DNA from: Styela clava
Taxonomy: Eukaryota
Assembly: GCF_964204865.1 (NCBI RefSeq)
Contig: NC_135255.1
Location: 12,648,001-12,712,000, forward strand
Length of the DNA: 64,000 nucleotides
Direction: 5' to 3'
The position numbers were made by a program, and so were the translations under genes. The first letter of the stretch is position 1. Every line of letters starts with the position of its first letter. Positions 24,010-37,340 of the stretch are shown here, piece by piece. The notes beneath the pieces were generated by a model. It saw only the letters and a program-made list of their open reading frames with translations, was not told the origin of the DNA and did no database searches.

Positions 24010-25745
24010 TTTTAGACTTATAGTAATGACTGACATTTAGGTCGAGTTTGATTTTATGAAGTTCCATCATTTAAACCTTACGATACCCTTTGCAAGCTGA
24101 GTTGGGGCCAGTTATACATATGCGAAGTATTCCGTTTTGATGTTCCCGAAATTCTCTCAAGAAATACATTATCATCTTTCACGTAAGAAAATAAAATTAA
24201 ATAAATCCACAAACTTGAATACCGAGCATGCCAATGATTATTTGCTTCTAACTGGAAAGACTCAATATTAAATGAATGACTTTTATGTTCAATAACTGAA
24301 TTTAAAATTCGTGTTAAATTTTTATTGGCAATATAGCAGAATGAATAAAATATTATGAATTTATCACAAGAATAAAATAAAATCTATAAAATCCAATTGC
24401 TAAGCCACCATTTAACTAAAAATCGAGAGAAACATAATTCTGACTGTGATCTAACAATCTTTAGTGCGAAAATAACTGCTATTCAGAAGAAAAAACTATA
24501 TTTACTTAGGGAATTGTATTATTTTTTAAATGATAATCTAGTGATGCATGAGTGATTGTCAGATTTAGGCACACAGATGTTCCATGTTATACACGTTTAT
24601 TTCAAAACGGTTGACTGTAAATACCTTACCAATTGCAAATTTGAATAAATTTGGCTGTATGATGAATGGGGACTTCAACATCTATCTATACCATCCAATT
24701 AGAAACAGGTTGACTACAAAACTTTTTTGAAATTAAAAAAAAAAAATTGATTATAAAGAGCCTATAATCGGGCGAAACTTTTTGGACACCCTGTATGAAA
24801 TAATCAATAAACAATCACAAAATGAGGGCAGAAAGAAAATGCATAACCAGAAAGGTAAAAAAAAAATAAACTTACAAATGATAACGCTCCAAAGACCTAA
24901 ATCGACAAGAAACTGACAGGTAACGTCTACGCTTACGTTATCAGAATAAAAATAGTAACTAAATTCAGAAAGCAGATAATAAGAATGAAATATAGAAGAT
25001 ACACGAACAAATTAAAGCAATAAACGACGACGATGGTCATATGGAGCCCCGGCTACGATACCCTCTCCACAGTTTTACATTAACGGGACCAATTGCCACC
25101 CACGCGCTGAGTCAGTAAAGCAGTTAATGCGAAAATACACCACACCATTGACCCCTTAACAAGATTAAACAGGAAAAACCTACGAAGCGTAAAGTCGAGA
25201 TGCAAGAGCCACGCGTGACACGTCAGGTTCAGTAAAGCCCGCGAAATTTGCGTCAAAACAGAAAAGCAACTATCGGTGAAAAATAACCAGTCGGAACACA
25301 ATAAAGAACAGCATTCAAAATACAATCAACTGAAAAGAAACTTCTATCGCCGACACAGTGGTCGAGCTGTAGAAGACTGGAAGCAGCATGCTTTACCGTA
25401 TTTTCGTAAAAAGTCGCACATGTAGGCTCTCCTGCTTCCACGATAATTCTGAAATATACAAAAAGTCATTTTTTTTTTCTTGCAATAACGTTGCCAACTT
25501 ACAACTACAACTGACTCGAATAATTTACAGAATTATATATATATATTTTTTGCAATACGTGAACAAATGAGGTAATGGAATGAATTAAGTTAAAAAAACG
25601 CAAAAACACACAATAAAAGTTGATATATATTGTAGATATGAATTGAGCTTGATTTTTATCGCAGGAAATGCGCTCAGTTAGACTGACTCTCAACTAATTC
25701 TTCACATAGATAGGAGTCGTAGTTTTTCTGCTTTTTGTAACCTAA
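24010..25745 (+). pseudogene. Third, direct-orientation relic of the gene B 3' end (intron 12 piece, decayed last exon, downstream region)
   Basis: 24010-24115 matches ~18570-18665; 24125-24279 matches last exon 18840-19003 with stops and indels; 25360-25715 matches ~19400-19735. Confidence 0.8.
24557..25355. mobile_element. ~800-bp insertion with TGTC...GACA ends, possible solo LTR; contains a Tc1/mariner-like terminus at ~24777-24793
   Basis: It interrupts the B-tail relic where the B' copy reads GAGTGGT; the flanks are GAGTGAT and CAGTGGT. Internal TA|CAGGGTGTCCAAAAAG on the minus strand. Confidence 0.45.
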
Positions 25746-25973
25746 ATTTACACATTTAGAAGTGAGAATATAGCTTTCAACCTTATTTATTCTCAGCGTA
25801 CGTGTTTTTTTTCTTGTTCGTCATTGGACGTTCCCGATTAAAAATATTGTACTGTATTTATCTTGTCGAATAAAATATGACATTTTTTTTCTCTTCATAT
25901 TTTTACTTGACATTTTTCGCTCTTGTTGACAATTATCGAGATGTAATCGATTCAAACACCCAATAGTCTAATG

Positions 25974-26554
25974 CAGAGTTTCCCAAACTGTGTTTCGCGG
26001 GACACTAGTGTTCCGCGAGCGTCTTCGGAGTGTTCCGTGGAGAAGGAATCAAAAATGTCGCCATTGCGATCTAGGGATGCCTGGCTTTACTATAAAATGC
26101 TGAAAAATTAGTCATGTTCGCCAAATTCAATTCAGCAGATAAATAAACTGCAGCTCGCGAAATTGCAGCAAGTACTTTTATCTCCATTAGAGGTAACATT
26201 GGAGGCAAACACTACGTGATGGAAAGTGAACGACATAGACAGGTAAAAAATTGTGAATTTGTGAATTCATTGATTGATATACACAGCATTCAAATTAGGA
26301 AACAATAAAACATTTATAATAAATGCAATATGTAAAATATTCAATCATATTTCAGGTATGTTTAACCATAGTAGTATAAAATTACGGTTTAACATATTTA
26401 CGGTTTAACCGTAAATATATACTAGCGAACCCATTGGGAACCGCTACATTACACCGATTTTCTTTATCAATTTTAGCTTTCCATTTCTTGGTGTTCCGCG
26501 AGGCGAGATAAAAAGTCTAAGTGTTCCGTGGCCGAAAAAGTTTGGGAAACGCTG
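25974..26554. mobile_element. hAT-family MITE, 581 bp
   Basis: TIRs CAGAGTTTCCCAAACT / AGTTTGGGAAACGCTG; perfect 8-bp TSD GTCTAATG (25966-25973 and 26555-26562); subterminal GTGTTCCGYG repeats. Confidence 0.92.
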
Positions 26555-27440
26555 GTCTAATGCACTAATTTCTCTTTTTATTTTTTTATTTCCCCTATTC
26601 CAAGTACAGTTACAGTTAAAAAACTCTTATGATAGTCGTCTCTCGACGTTTTTCAAGCTTGGTAATAACGTGTCCAAACTTTCCAACAACTCAAACTTCT
26701 TGTGATGTTTACACGAAAATACATGATATATATATAATGATTTTGTCTTCTCACTTCTGCGTTCTAGATACTCAGCTGAACTTGCTCTTCCTGGATTGTT
26801 AGGCTTTACGTAAAAAAATTGTTCAGCGTGTACAAAAATTTTAATGTTGATTGGTGACGGATTCATATAGGTTATAAAAAGCAGAAAAACTCTGACTCAT
26901 ATATATGTGAAAAATTCGTTCAGAGTCAGTCTAACTGCGCGCATTTCCTGCAATAGGAATCAAACTCAATTTCTATTTACAATACATATATATCAACTTC
27001 TTTTGTATGTTTTTGCGTTTTTTTTTTTAATTTAACTCATTCCATTACCTCATTCGTTCGTATCGCAGAAAATATATAATTCTGGAAATCATCTAATTCA
27101 ATTGTAGTTTGGGAGTTGACAAAGTGATTGCAGGAAAAAAAATGACTTTTTGTATATCTTAAAATTATCGTGGAAGCAGGTCAGCCTACACGTGCTAATT
27201 TTTAAGAAAATACGATAAAGCATACATGCTTCTAGTCTTCTACCGCTTGACCACTCCTGCATCATTAGATCATCATTAAAAAAAATTATATAATTCCCCT
27301 GGTAAATATATTTTCTCCATTATGAATTGCAGCTTTTGTCGCACTAAAGACTGCACATACTAGAATTACCCGTTTTCTGATCTAATTTCAAAAATTTAAT
27401 ACGAATTTCAAATTCAGTTACTGAACAATTAAAAAAAGTG

Positions 27441-30086
27441 TCATTCCTTCAATATTGAGTCTTTCCAGTTAGTATCAATCTGTGATCCATTGGCATTATC
27501 CGTGTTTGAGTTTATAATTTATCTTCCTCTGGCGTGGGATATGATATTGTATTGCTTGAGGAAATTTCAGGAATACCAAAACAAAATACTTTGTAATTAA
27601 ATATTGGAACGAATAACATTGGGTCAGCTTTAGACGGTTTGTGAATTCTGAAATTGAAATGGTATTTTTATTTTAATGTGATTATTTACGAGCTAAGATA
27701 ATATGTGGAGGAGTCCGAATGATATTTTCTCGTCAAACTAGATGGTGCCACAAAGATGCCTTATATTGATATCCACTAATTTGTTCCCCAAATCAGTTTG
27801 AGGGAACTCCATAAAATCAAACTCGACTTAAATGTCAGTCATTACTATCAGTCTAAAATGATCTGAACAGTCGCTTATTCATAAAAGCATAAAATTAATT
27901 TCACACAATCAGTTTTATGTATTTGATACTTATGTATTTGACAAACTTAATTAGAAAGAAGGCTTTGGGATGTGTCTTCAAAGCGCCAGAAAAATTGAAC
28001 TATCGTTACACTATCTCATCATATATGCATGTTATGTTAGTACGGTTTCACCTGCTTGTTCGAAACTCGGATTGTAACAATGCCCGAATCGGGTCCCAAT
28101 GTATTAAAACTCAAACAAATTTACAATTCTTCTCGGTAAAAAAGTAAGTGAAATTACTACTGTACCTGTAATCAGTGATACAATGTGACCAATCAGAATA
28201 CATGTCAGAAATCCGAGAACTCCGTAATAGAATGGTGAGATTGAATAAAGAGTGTAATTAATCACCGGACTGAAACGTATATTTTAATTACCATTAAAAG
28301 AAATTTTCATAACATAACATTTAAAGCAGCATTTACATCGCCTTATAGATAGTTTAGGATTTACATATTTATGTCGGGGAGAGGAAACCCGATAAGAGGA
28401 TCTAATCATATAGCGAACTCAGGCTTCTCGCCTGGTTGTCAGTCGGATGCGGAATTAGTTAATGAACTTGATGGTGAAAGAAGCCGTAACCAACCAGCGT
28501 TTGCGTGAACCATCCTGCGGCGGCTAGTAGTCCAGCAATCTTCTCGCTTATAGTTATTCCCTCGGGATTCGAACCTGCGAATCCACGCAGCGTAATCAGA
28601 GATGCGATGGCGAGCGTATTCCTAACACGTATACGATGCGCTATACCATCGAGAAGTTTTCAAGGCTCTGAACCGAAAGAATAAATAGCGATGGATATGC
28701 GTATTGGTTATGTATGTTTGTCGAGTTAAAAAAAAACTATGGTACTTGAAACTACCTATCGAACATTGCTAAATTTGTTGTCATAAATTCCCCTGGCGAG
28801 TATTCTATCTCTGTAGCTAAGGTAGTGTAACTAGAATAGTTAGCACTGATTAGCGTCGTCCAATTGGAAGTAGGACAACTGTCTATTGACAACGGCAGTT
28901 TTTCTGTTGTGCCAGAAAAACTTGACAGAGACATCGCAGATATTGCAATCCAGCCTGCAAAGAGCCATCCTCCAACAATTCCTATCAATGCACCCTGAAA
29001 AAAGATTCTTGATATCGTATTCGGTGTAATAAAATAAATTGATTTATCTAATATAATTTTAAACATTCAGGCTGCCTAGACATAGCTTTCTTGCTGGTTT
29101 TCTCTTTACGTAACAGTAGAGATAGACACAACTTCACAACTGCAATTTCGCGATCTGCTGAACCGAGTTTAGTGAACATGAATGATTTTTTTAGTATTTA
29201 AAAGAAAAATCAGGCAGGGATAAAGAGAATAGCTAACCTTTTGTCTTTATTCGTTAGGCCGTCTTACATGTTCATAAACTTTGAAAGGCATAAAGTACAC
29301 ATTACCGATCACAAAATTGAGTTAAATGTGAAGATATCACATTTTTTGTTTTGTTTTTTCCTGATAATTTGGTGACGCACGAACAAAAAGTTTGGGAACC
29401 GCTGTAATACGAGATTAAATAAAATAATTTATGTAGTTTTGTCTCACCCAGTAATATAACCATGACATAAACATTGTGAATGCAGCAATCACTGGACCCG
29501 CAATGGGAACCAGTTTCAGATGTCGTTATTTGGATGGTGTTTAAAAAACTACAAATATTTTTCAACTATTTTGTTTGCTCTGTGCCGTATTGTCGCTAAA
29601 TTTATTATAAAACTTTCCAAGTATGATTTTCTACCGGGGATTCGTGGTGGTATTTTACCATTGTTTTAGTCACTATAATATTTTATTTGAAAATTCAAAA
29701 TCATTTCTTTGATCGAACTGAAGTATTGAAAACAAAATACCAACTAATGTGAATTGCCGTTATTTTTTCTAGTAGTTCAATACACGTTTCTAACACAACG
29801 TGCAACTTAGAATTTATCAGAGACTTCTGTTATTATAACCGAAGTGAATGCTTACCGGTGACACCTTCCTGCTTCCAAATTATTAATTATCTGTTGATTG
29901 AGTTTTTCTATCACGATATGCAAAAAACACACCGACTGCTGATGAAATTATAAGCATTCCTGAAATAGAATTTATATTATTATTGCTTTAATAAAGAATA
30001 ATTGAATTTAAATTCTCTGAGATAAAGCAGATCTTACCTATAAATATTACAAAGTCAATGGCGTGAAAGTATTTGTGAGACTCCAT
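27441..30086 (-). pseudogene. SLC5 gene B' pseudogene (inverted copy of B)
   Basis: Exon 1 [16 protein letters not shown]. Exon 2 has TAA TAA (29880-29885) where B has TAC TAT. A ~2.6-kb deletion at ~29545 joins the end of intron 2 to the middle of exon 10. Exons 11-13 are recognisable. Confidence 0.92.
28340..28655 (-). mobile_element. tRNA-derived SINE, mirror copy in B'
   Basis: Reverse-complement similarity to 17748-18073; B box appears as GGATTCGAACC on the plus strand near 28566-28576. Confidence 0.7.
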
Positions 30087-32381
30087 TTTGTATTCGCATA
30101 TAAATAATTTTTGTGGCGATCACGCATGAGAGCAAATGTGTTTTAAAGGTATGTTATATTTTCGCATGGCTAATCTGATAACATTTAAAAAAAATAACAA
30201 GTCAGAGGAATTAAAAAAAAAACTATATTTTATAATCCAACCATTTTCATAATTTCGAAATTGAACTCCTGTCGAATTAGTCATACATAAGCTATCAAAT
30301 ATGCCTGACGACGTTGCAAAAATCGTATGATGTTAGTTTTGTTTTGTTGAATATTAAATTCGATATTGGAAAACGCGATATTTTAGAAATAACTGCTTGA
30401 CCTCAATTGCAAACCTTTTATTCAAAACTTCTGACATTTTAAATCATAGTTAACTAGAAGAACATAATACTAGAAATTTCAAAGTTTAAAATGAAATTGG
30501 TGCCTATCAATTTAGAACAAAATTGAATGCTATTTTTTTTTCGTTCTTTTAGTACTTGGGTAATTTTTTTCTATATCTACAAAACCCGTGATATCAAAAT
30601 TTATGCCGTCTATAGTTAGACAACTAAAACTCGTTTTTTATAGTCAGATGACTGAAAACTCGTTGCCGTGGTAAATTGGTGTACGGTATTCTGTTGCATT
30701 TCAACAAGTTGGTGTTATTTCATTAGCTTGCAATTATATCATTAATTATATTGATTTTATAATAATATTAGTTTCTAATTTAATATAAGCAAATAAAATT
30801 TCTGTATGAAACGACTTACTACAATATATATATATATATATCAGATTTACAAACCAATGTATTTTATCGTGCTTATTTTTCATTAATTAAAAATACTCAT
30901 TTTTTTTTGGAACAAGACTGTCGAAACTTATATCATCGAAACACATTTTTTGTATTAATCGGTTTGATGTTTTTCTTTCATAACCTATTTGTTTCAGATC
31001 TTTCAATTTTCATATGACCGGAATAGCCACTCGGAGAAAAAAAATTGTTTTGAAAGCTCGTAACGCATATGTTGCACTCTCTATATTTGAGCACCCATTT
31101 TTTTATCTTCATCACAGTGAAGCCGTTTCTTATTTTATACTTTTCCTATTACTTACTAAAACTTTATTACAACTGTTATAATAAACTCATTTGGAGGAGA
31201 TATTGACAGCAATCTTTTGCCACTAATATATTTTCACTGATTTTGTTTCGATAGAGTACTAACATTCTCTGCAAGTGTACCGGATATTGTTGAGGATGTA
31301 AAACATCGTGTTCCTTCTACAAAATTTGTTGCATATAGTGGTGAACATTGTCCAGTATACTAGTTACATTGTAAGAATTTAATTTTGAGTGTATGTTTCC
31401 TTCATGTGTTCGTATGAACTTTTTGTTTGCTTTATAATGATTAAGTATCTGTTTGAGTATCCTGGATAGAAGATTGAATCATTCCGGATTTATACCTTCT
31501 TTTATCCATTAGAGACAAGAGTGCTTGAGCTTATTTTTTCAAAATTGCCAAGTAATCTATTTTTAGATATTTAGCCGGGAATTATCGAAATATAAAAAGT
31601 TCAAATAACAATATAACATCAATTCATCTTCTGATTTTGCGTTTGAGATCATTCGATCTATTCTTTTGTTGAATATTATTCAGTAAAACTTAATAAAGTA
31701 TTTATTTATCAAATATTAATAAAGTATTTAGTAAAAACTTCTTGAATTAGGGCTTTGAGAATAAAAAAGCATACCCACCGAATTATAAGTGGCGGATAGT
31801 ATTGCTCAAAATTGCGATATATCGGCACATATATCATACACTCCCTATTGGTATTCATGATGTTTGATATGTCAAACAGTAAAAACGTCAAACTAATTTT
31901 AACAAGTTTTATTATATCGTATTAAAATTGTATGCCGTGGCTTGGGAATACAACGACTAAAAGTGTTGCAATTCTCTGCATGTACGGAAGCCTAATTACA
32001 AAAACTATATCGAATATGCAGTAAATATTATTCCTAAAATATACATACAGATCAAATAAAACTTGACCAAAATTGAAAGTTTGTACAATTTTGCAGAGTG
32101 TTGTTTTACCCATGATGCTAAATTAACATTTGTTAGATAAAGTTTAAAATACCCATATCCTAGTATCAATTTAAAGTTCAAGTGTATCCATCCATACCTC
32201 ATGATGACAATAAATAGGTTATGAATTATTTCGTACAGTGTGAACTGAAATAGACTATAATACAAAACACATTTACACATTCGTTGAATTCTTCAAAAGA
32301 AATCTTTGAGTAATAGTATATACATAGTCTTCGCTTAGGTACGTCGTTCCCAGGTTTAAATGGAATCAATGTTTTTTGACG

Positions 32382-35300
32382 TTATGTTTTCCCATTCTGT
32401 CCTATTTCTTCCCATATAGGTGCAGTCGGGGAGCATTCATTTCCTTCTCTATCATGAAGCAAAGCCTTTTTAAATTTTTCTTCTTCTAGTGTCAGAGACG
32501 AAGAGTCGTCTTCGGGTGGAAGTTCAGGAACACCGAAACGGAATGGTTTGAAGGGTAAAATCGGGACAAAGAGCCTCGGATCTGCTTTTGACGGGTTGTT
32601 GAAGCCTGAATGTTTAGAAGTTATTATTAATAAGTCTTTTGAATATTCATTGTTAACTTGCTAATATTCAAATTTATAGTGATTACCCAAAATAGAAGAA
32701 TATTTCCGATTTACCTGTGATAAGTGAACATATATGACCAAGTATGATGCAGACGGTACATCCAAGTATGCCGTAATAAAATGGTGAAATTGAATATAGA
32801 GTATAGTGTAAAATGGGCCTGAAAACAAAATACTCAATCGTCGTGTTTCGTTTGTAAATGCTCATTTGACAAACCTACTTTGCGAAAGATGTTTACCAGC
32901 TGGTCGAGGTATTCTGTTACAGACTATAATAAAAATAATAGAAAACAACAACAACAAAACAAGTTGCCTAGAATAATGACTGAAATATCAAACTGCCATT
33001 TTCGTTACCTTTCATAGCTCTCGCACATGGCTGAAGTTTTCAGAGAAGAATCTCGAGATTATTATTTATTAAAATACGGTCATTGCTATTTTTCTCTGGG
33101 CAGGCATAATATTTTGATTGTACGAGGCGGAAAGAGTTTTGATTTCTTTGCGTTGTTAAGCATTAAAAAATGGAAAAAATATGATTTATTTTATTGGAAG
33201 AATTGTTTTAATTCATTGAGTCTTAAAAATATGAATTTGTTATGAAACTCGCCGTGGGAAAGTGATAACTAAACGGTTTTTCTATCAGCGTGAATATAGT
33301 ATAGTGTTATCGTAAATACTTTCGTGCATCAAGCAAAAATTCAATTATTACGCAATGTAGCGGGTGTGGGTGACCATATGTAATTTAATCAATGCATAGA
33401 CATATGGATATATATATATATGTTATACCCGTTTTCTGGTGCAGGAGATGAAACCATTGAGGCAAACGTTGTATATTCTTCCCCTGAAGCCTCCATCATC
33501 AACGCAGTTGTAACAGAATTCACAGTCGAATTAAACGCAGGGCATTTATCAGTAGACAAGGGAAGTTTCCTTTTCGTGTCTGGGAAGCTCGCCAAAAATA
33601 GTGCTGATATCGCAACCCAACCCGTGAATAACCAACCACCCGCCAAGCCAACCAAGGCTCCCTGAAACCAAACAAAGCAGTAAATAAAAAGTTTGGCTAC
33701 CCTTCAATTTATACCATTATTAAAATCATCAATTTTTACTTTTTTCTCAAAGTTCCACTCACCCAATGATTTATCCAAGGCCTGAAACCAAACAAAGCAG
33801 TAAAAAAAAGTTTGGCTACCCTTCAATTTATACCATAATTAAAATCATCAATTTTTACTTTTTTCTCAAAGTTCCACTCACCCAATGATTTATCCAAGGC
33901 ATGAAAAGTCCCATTGTGAATACACCAAACAAAGGACCTCCTAATGAACCAGTTATAGAAGACGTAATCTGGATTATATTTGCTGAGAGCAGAGAGACGA
34001 GATATGCAATAATCATCACCAGAAAACCAAAGAAAATAGCTGTAAATGAATAGGATAGTATAGGCTATTATTAAGAAAATGAGAACGTAGGCCATACACG
34101 AAAGACGAAGACTGATAATCACTCATTATTTATTTCCATATTACCCTGTATTCGGTGACCTTCGGTTTGACTTGGTATTTTATGCATCAAGTAATCAATC
34201 GGTAGATAAATAAAAAAATTTTAATAGGTAAAATGAAACATATTCTCACTCAAAGCTTTGCTTAAAATAACTTTCCTGTTTGACGACATCTTAGGAAAGC
34301 ATGGAAGAATGAAATCCATCAACGCTAATGCAGCTAAAGCGTTTACGCCTGAAGAAATTGTACTGAAAAATATATTATTTGATAGAGTATTGTACCAAAA
34401 ATTTGCAACGATGTACACTCATAAAAGATAGATATTTATACCTCAAGGAGCCGCTGTATGCAGCTGAAACAAATAGACCAGCCATTCCAGGTGTATTTTG
34501 AAATATTTCCAACGCTAATTTCGGCATCGTCTGGTCGGGTTTGGTTATAAGTTTTGCTGACAAAGGATCACATCCTTCATAAAATGTATACATAAGCAGA
34601 CCGTTACCCACGGCCAACAAAGAAAATATGACTCCCGGAAATAGCTGTAACCATAGAGCTCTGAAAAAATCAATAAAACTAAATGTTAAAATCATGTTGT
34701 CAAATATAAGTTGGATTCAACAATGAGTTATAATGTTAATCACACAATTTTAAATTTACTATTTATGCCTATTATATCTCACCAACAAACAAAGAGAAAT
34801 CAGCATCTTAAATGAGGCTTTGATGACGTGCATCATCCACACACAATGGATGTTTTTACCTTTGGCTTTGAGCGTTTTCGCGAGTAGAGTAAATTAAGTT
34901 GGAAATGATGAACGATTTCAAACAAATAATATTCAACTCACATTCTTGCATTTTTCACTGAACCACATGACAAATATCTTTGAGTAAATACTTGATTGCA
35001 TCCAGTTTTAAAACAATTATTCATTCCCGCTCCTAGAAGTAATGTCCATACAGTACTTCGAATGCGAGGGTCGCCATCGAATCTGATTCAAATAAATTGT
35101 TTTTCAAAGTTAGCTATGCTCGACATTTCAATTTATTGGAAATAACTTTTACAGATAGTTCACGTTTCTGTGAAAGCAGCTTCAAAATAATAGTTAGCAA
35201 TCTAGTCTTTTTTAGCTTAATAAAAAGACCAAAAAATTCTACAAATATCTATTGTAGTATGAATATGATTCCGTTTGCATGTTTTTGTGTTGTTCAGTTA

Positions 35301-37340
35301 GTACTTACTTGAAAATATTATTCCGCTGTCCACGTTCAACTGCTTCGACCACAGGACCAAATCCACCTACGACTATAGTTGTTTGGATGAACACCGCAAG
35401 CATTCCCGCTAACATAATCATGGCTTGCAAAAAATCAGTCCATATGACCGCTTTCATCCCACCCTTAAAAAAAGTATTTTTCAACGCAGTGCAATAAGAG
35501 AACATTTTTAGGAATTAATAGTATGCAGTACTGTACTATTTTATATATATATTGCCCTCGATTTGTTTCGGTGACGGCCTAAATTGCCTATTTCTTACGC
35601 TAGAATAAGCATAATTAGTTTACATCGTATCTGTATTTATTTCTGATATAATTAGCGTCTAACAACATTTCATTTAGTGTTACAGGCTTCCATACAAGCA
35701 AGAGCGACATGTCTTCGTACTCTACTACGTTTTAAAACCAAAAATCCTTTTATAAAATCTAAAACAAAACTTACAATGCTGGTGTAGAATGTACAAACGA
35801 TACTTGTTAATGCTATACTCCAGTTCAATTGAAGGGGTGTGACAGCACTCAATGCCAGTGCTGGCAAGTATATTGTTACGCCCATGTAGAGAATCTGAAG
35901 TATAAAAATCACTAGTATTAAACAATACTAAAAAAAGATAGCTCAATAAGCGCTCATAAACTCAATGCATAATCTTTAATTAAAAAAAATAAAATTCTCA
36001 CCAATTTCCATATTGCCATAAGCGATGTCAACGTTCTTATTCTGGGGTGAAAGCGAAGATTAAAATACTGAAATACAAAAGAGAGTATTGAGAAGTACAT
36101 ATACACATACAGATGATTTTTTTTTTCGAACAGTCATTTATATTTAAAAAAGAATTGTCATTTGTATAAAAAATTACTGTCAGAATATTACAAAATAAAA
36201 TCAGGAACTGAAGTGTTAAATATTATGACTAGAAGACACATACATATCGTTTATAAACATCAAACAATTAGTGTAGAAGTTCAATATTTGAAAAGTAATC
36301 AGTGTCTGGTGTCTAGAAAACAATTAGGTGAAGCTTCTACCTCATATACGCTTTTTAGTTGAAGCCTATGCAGAAGTGGAATGTAATAAATAGACCCGGC
36401 AAGTATTCCTATCACATGTGCAGCATTCATCCAAACAAATACTGTTCCAAATAAATAAATTTCAACGGGAAGACCAATTACTGTAATAGCAGAAATAAAC
36501 GAAACCGACAATGACATGGAAATCAAAATCTGTAAGAAAGATAATATGAAAATAATTAAGAAGATAAGTGAAATGAAATGAAAAAATGTAATTCAGTTGG
36601 AACCATGAACATGGGAGTTTTTTGAAATAAATATATTAATAACACAGTCAAACATGGACTGTATAAATAATTTAAATGTACGAGAATTTATAACTGCTGG
36701 TATTTTCTTACCGGAGAAATACTTTTACTTGCAAAGTAATAATTATCGGTCGACTGAGTTCTCCTATCACGATATGCAAAAAATACTCCAATTGCCGATG
36801 ACAATAGAAGCATTGCTAAAACGAAAATAGTACTTTAAATTTTATTTCTTTGGTCAAAATCTTTACAACGACTACCCAATGTTTGTTTTTATGATTCAAG
36901 GTCGGTATTCTGCCATGAAACGTATTTATTTATAAACAATAGAACACTAATTATGACACTGTATGTATATATGATGTACAGTGACGCAGGTATTGAATGA
37001 GATTTAGACTGAAGACCGTTGATAGCATCATAATCAGACTAGAATACTTGTAAAAAAAATTTGCGTTTTTCAAATATCAATTAGTTTATATTTTGTTTTT
37101 GATTGCATTGTTAAATTTACTTTTATATCTTAATGGCCTTTCTAAAAGTACAGCATCGAGAAGCGCTTCATTACCCAAATTTCCCTGGAATATTTGTAGC
37201 ATTTGCTTAGTTTCGATACAATATTGCTATTTAAATTTATATGTAAATTATCATAATACAAACCAGTAAATGAAGAAATATTACTCACCACCAAATATAA
37301 CAAAGTCAATTGCTTGAAAGTACTTTTTTGTAGATTCCAT
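32382..37340 (-). CDS. SLC5 SMCT/NIS-like symporter, gene A' (inverted paralog of A), 13 exons, apparently intact
   Basis: ATG at 37340 (MESTKKYFQAIDFVIFG). The exons I checked translate without stops and keep GT-AG sites. Ends ...APIWEEIGQNGKT* at 32382. Intron 10 is tandemly duplicated. Confidence 0.88.
33661..33899 (-). repeat. Tandem duplication (120 + 119 bp) of intron 10 plus the end of exon 10 of gene A'
   Basis: cctgaaaccaaacaaagcag...caatgatttatccaagg occurs twice and the copies are nearly identical; gene A has a single copy. Confidence 0.95.

Noticed and set aside
34775-34890. Intron segment of A' with TGATG...CTGA, possible C/D snoRNA
   Set aside because: Boxes imperfect and too close together; not conserved in the matching intron of A, B or C.
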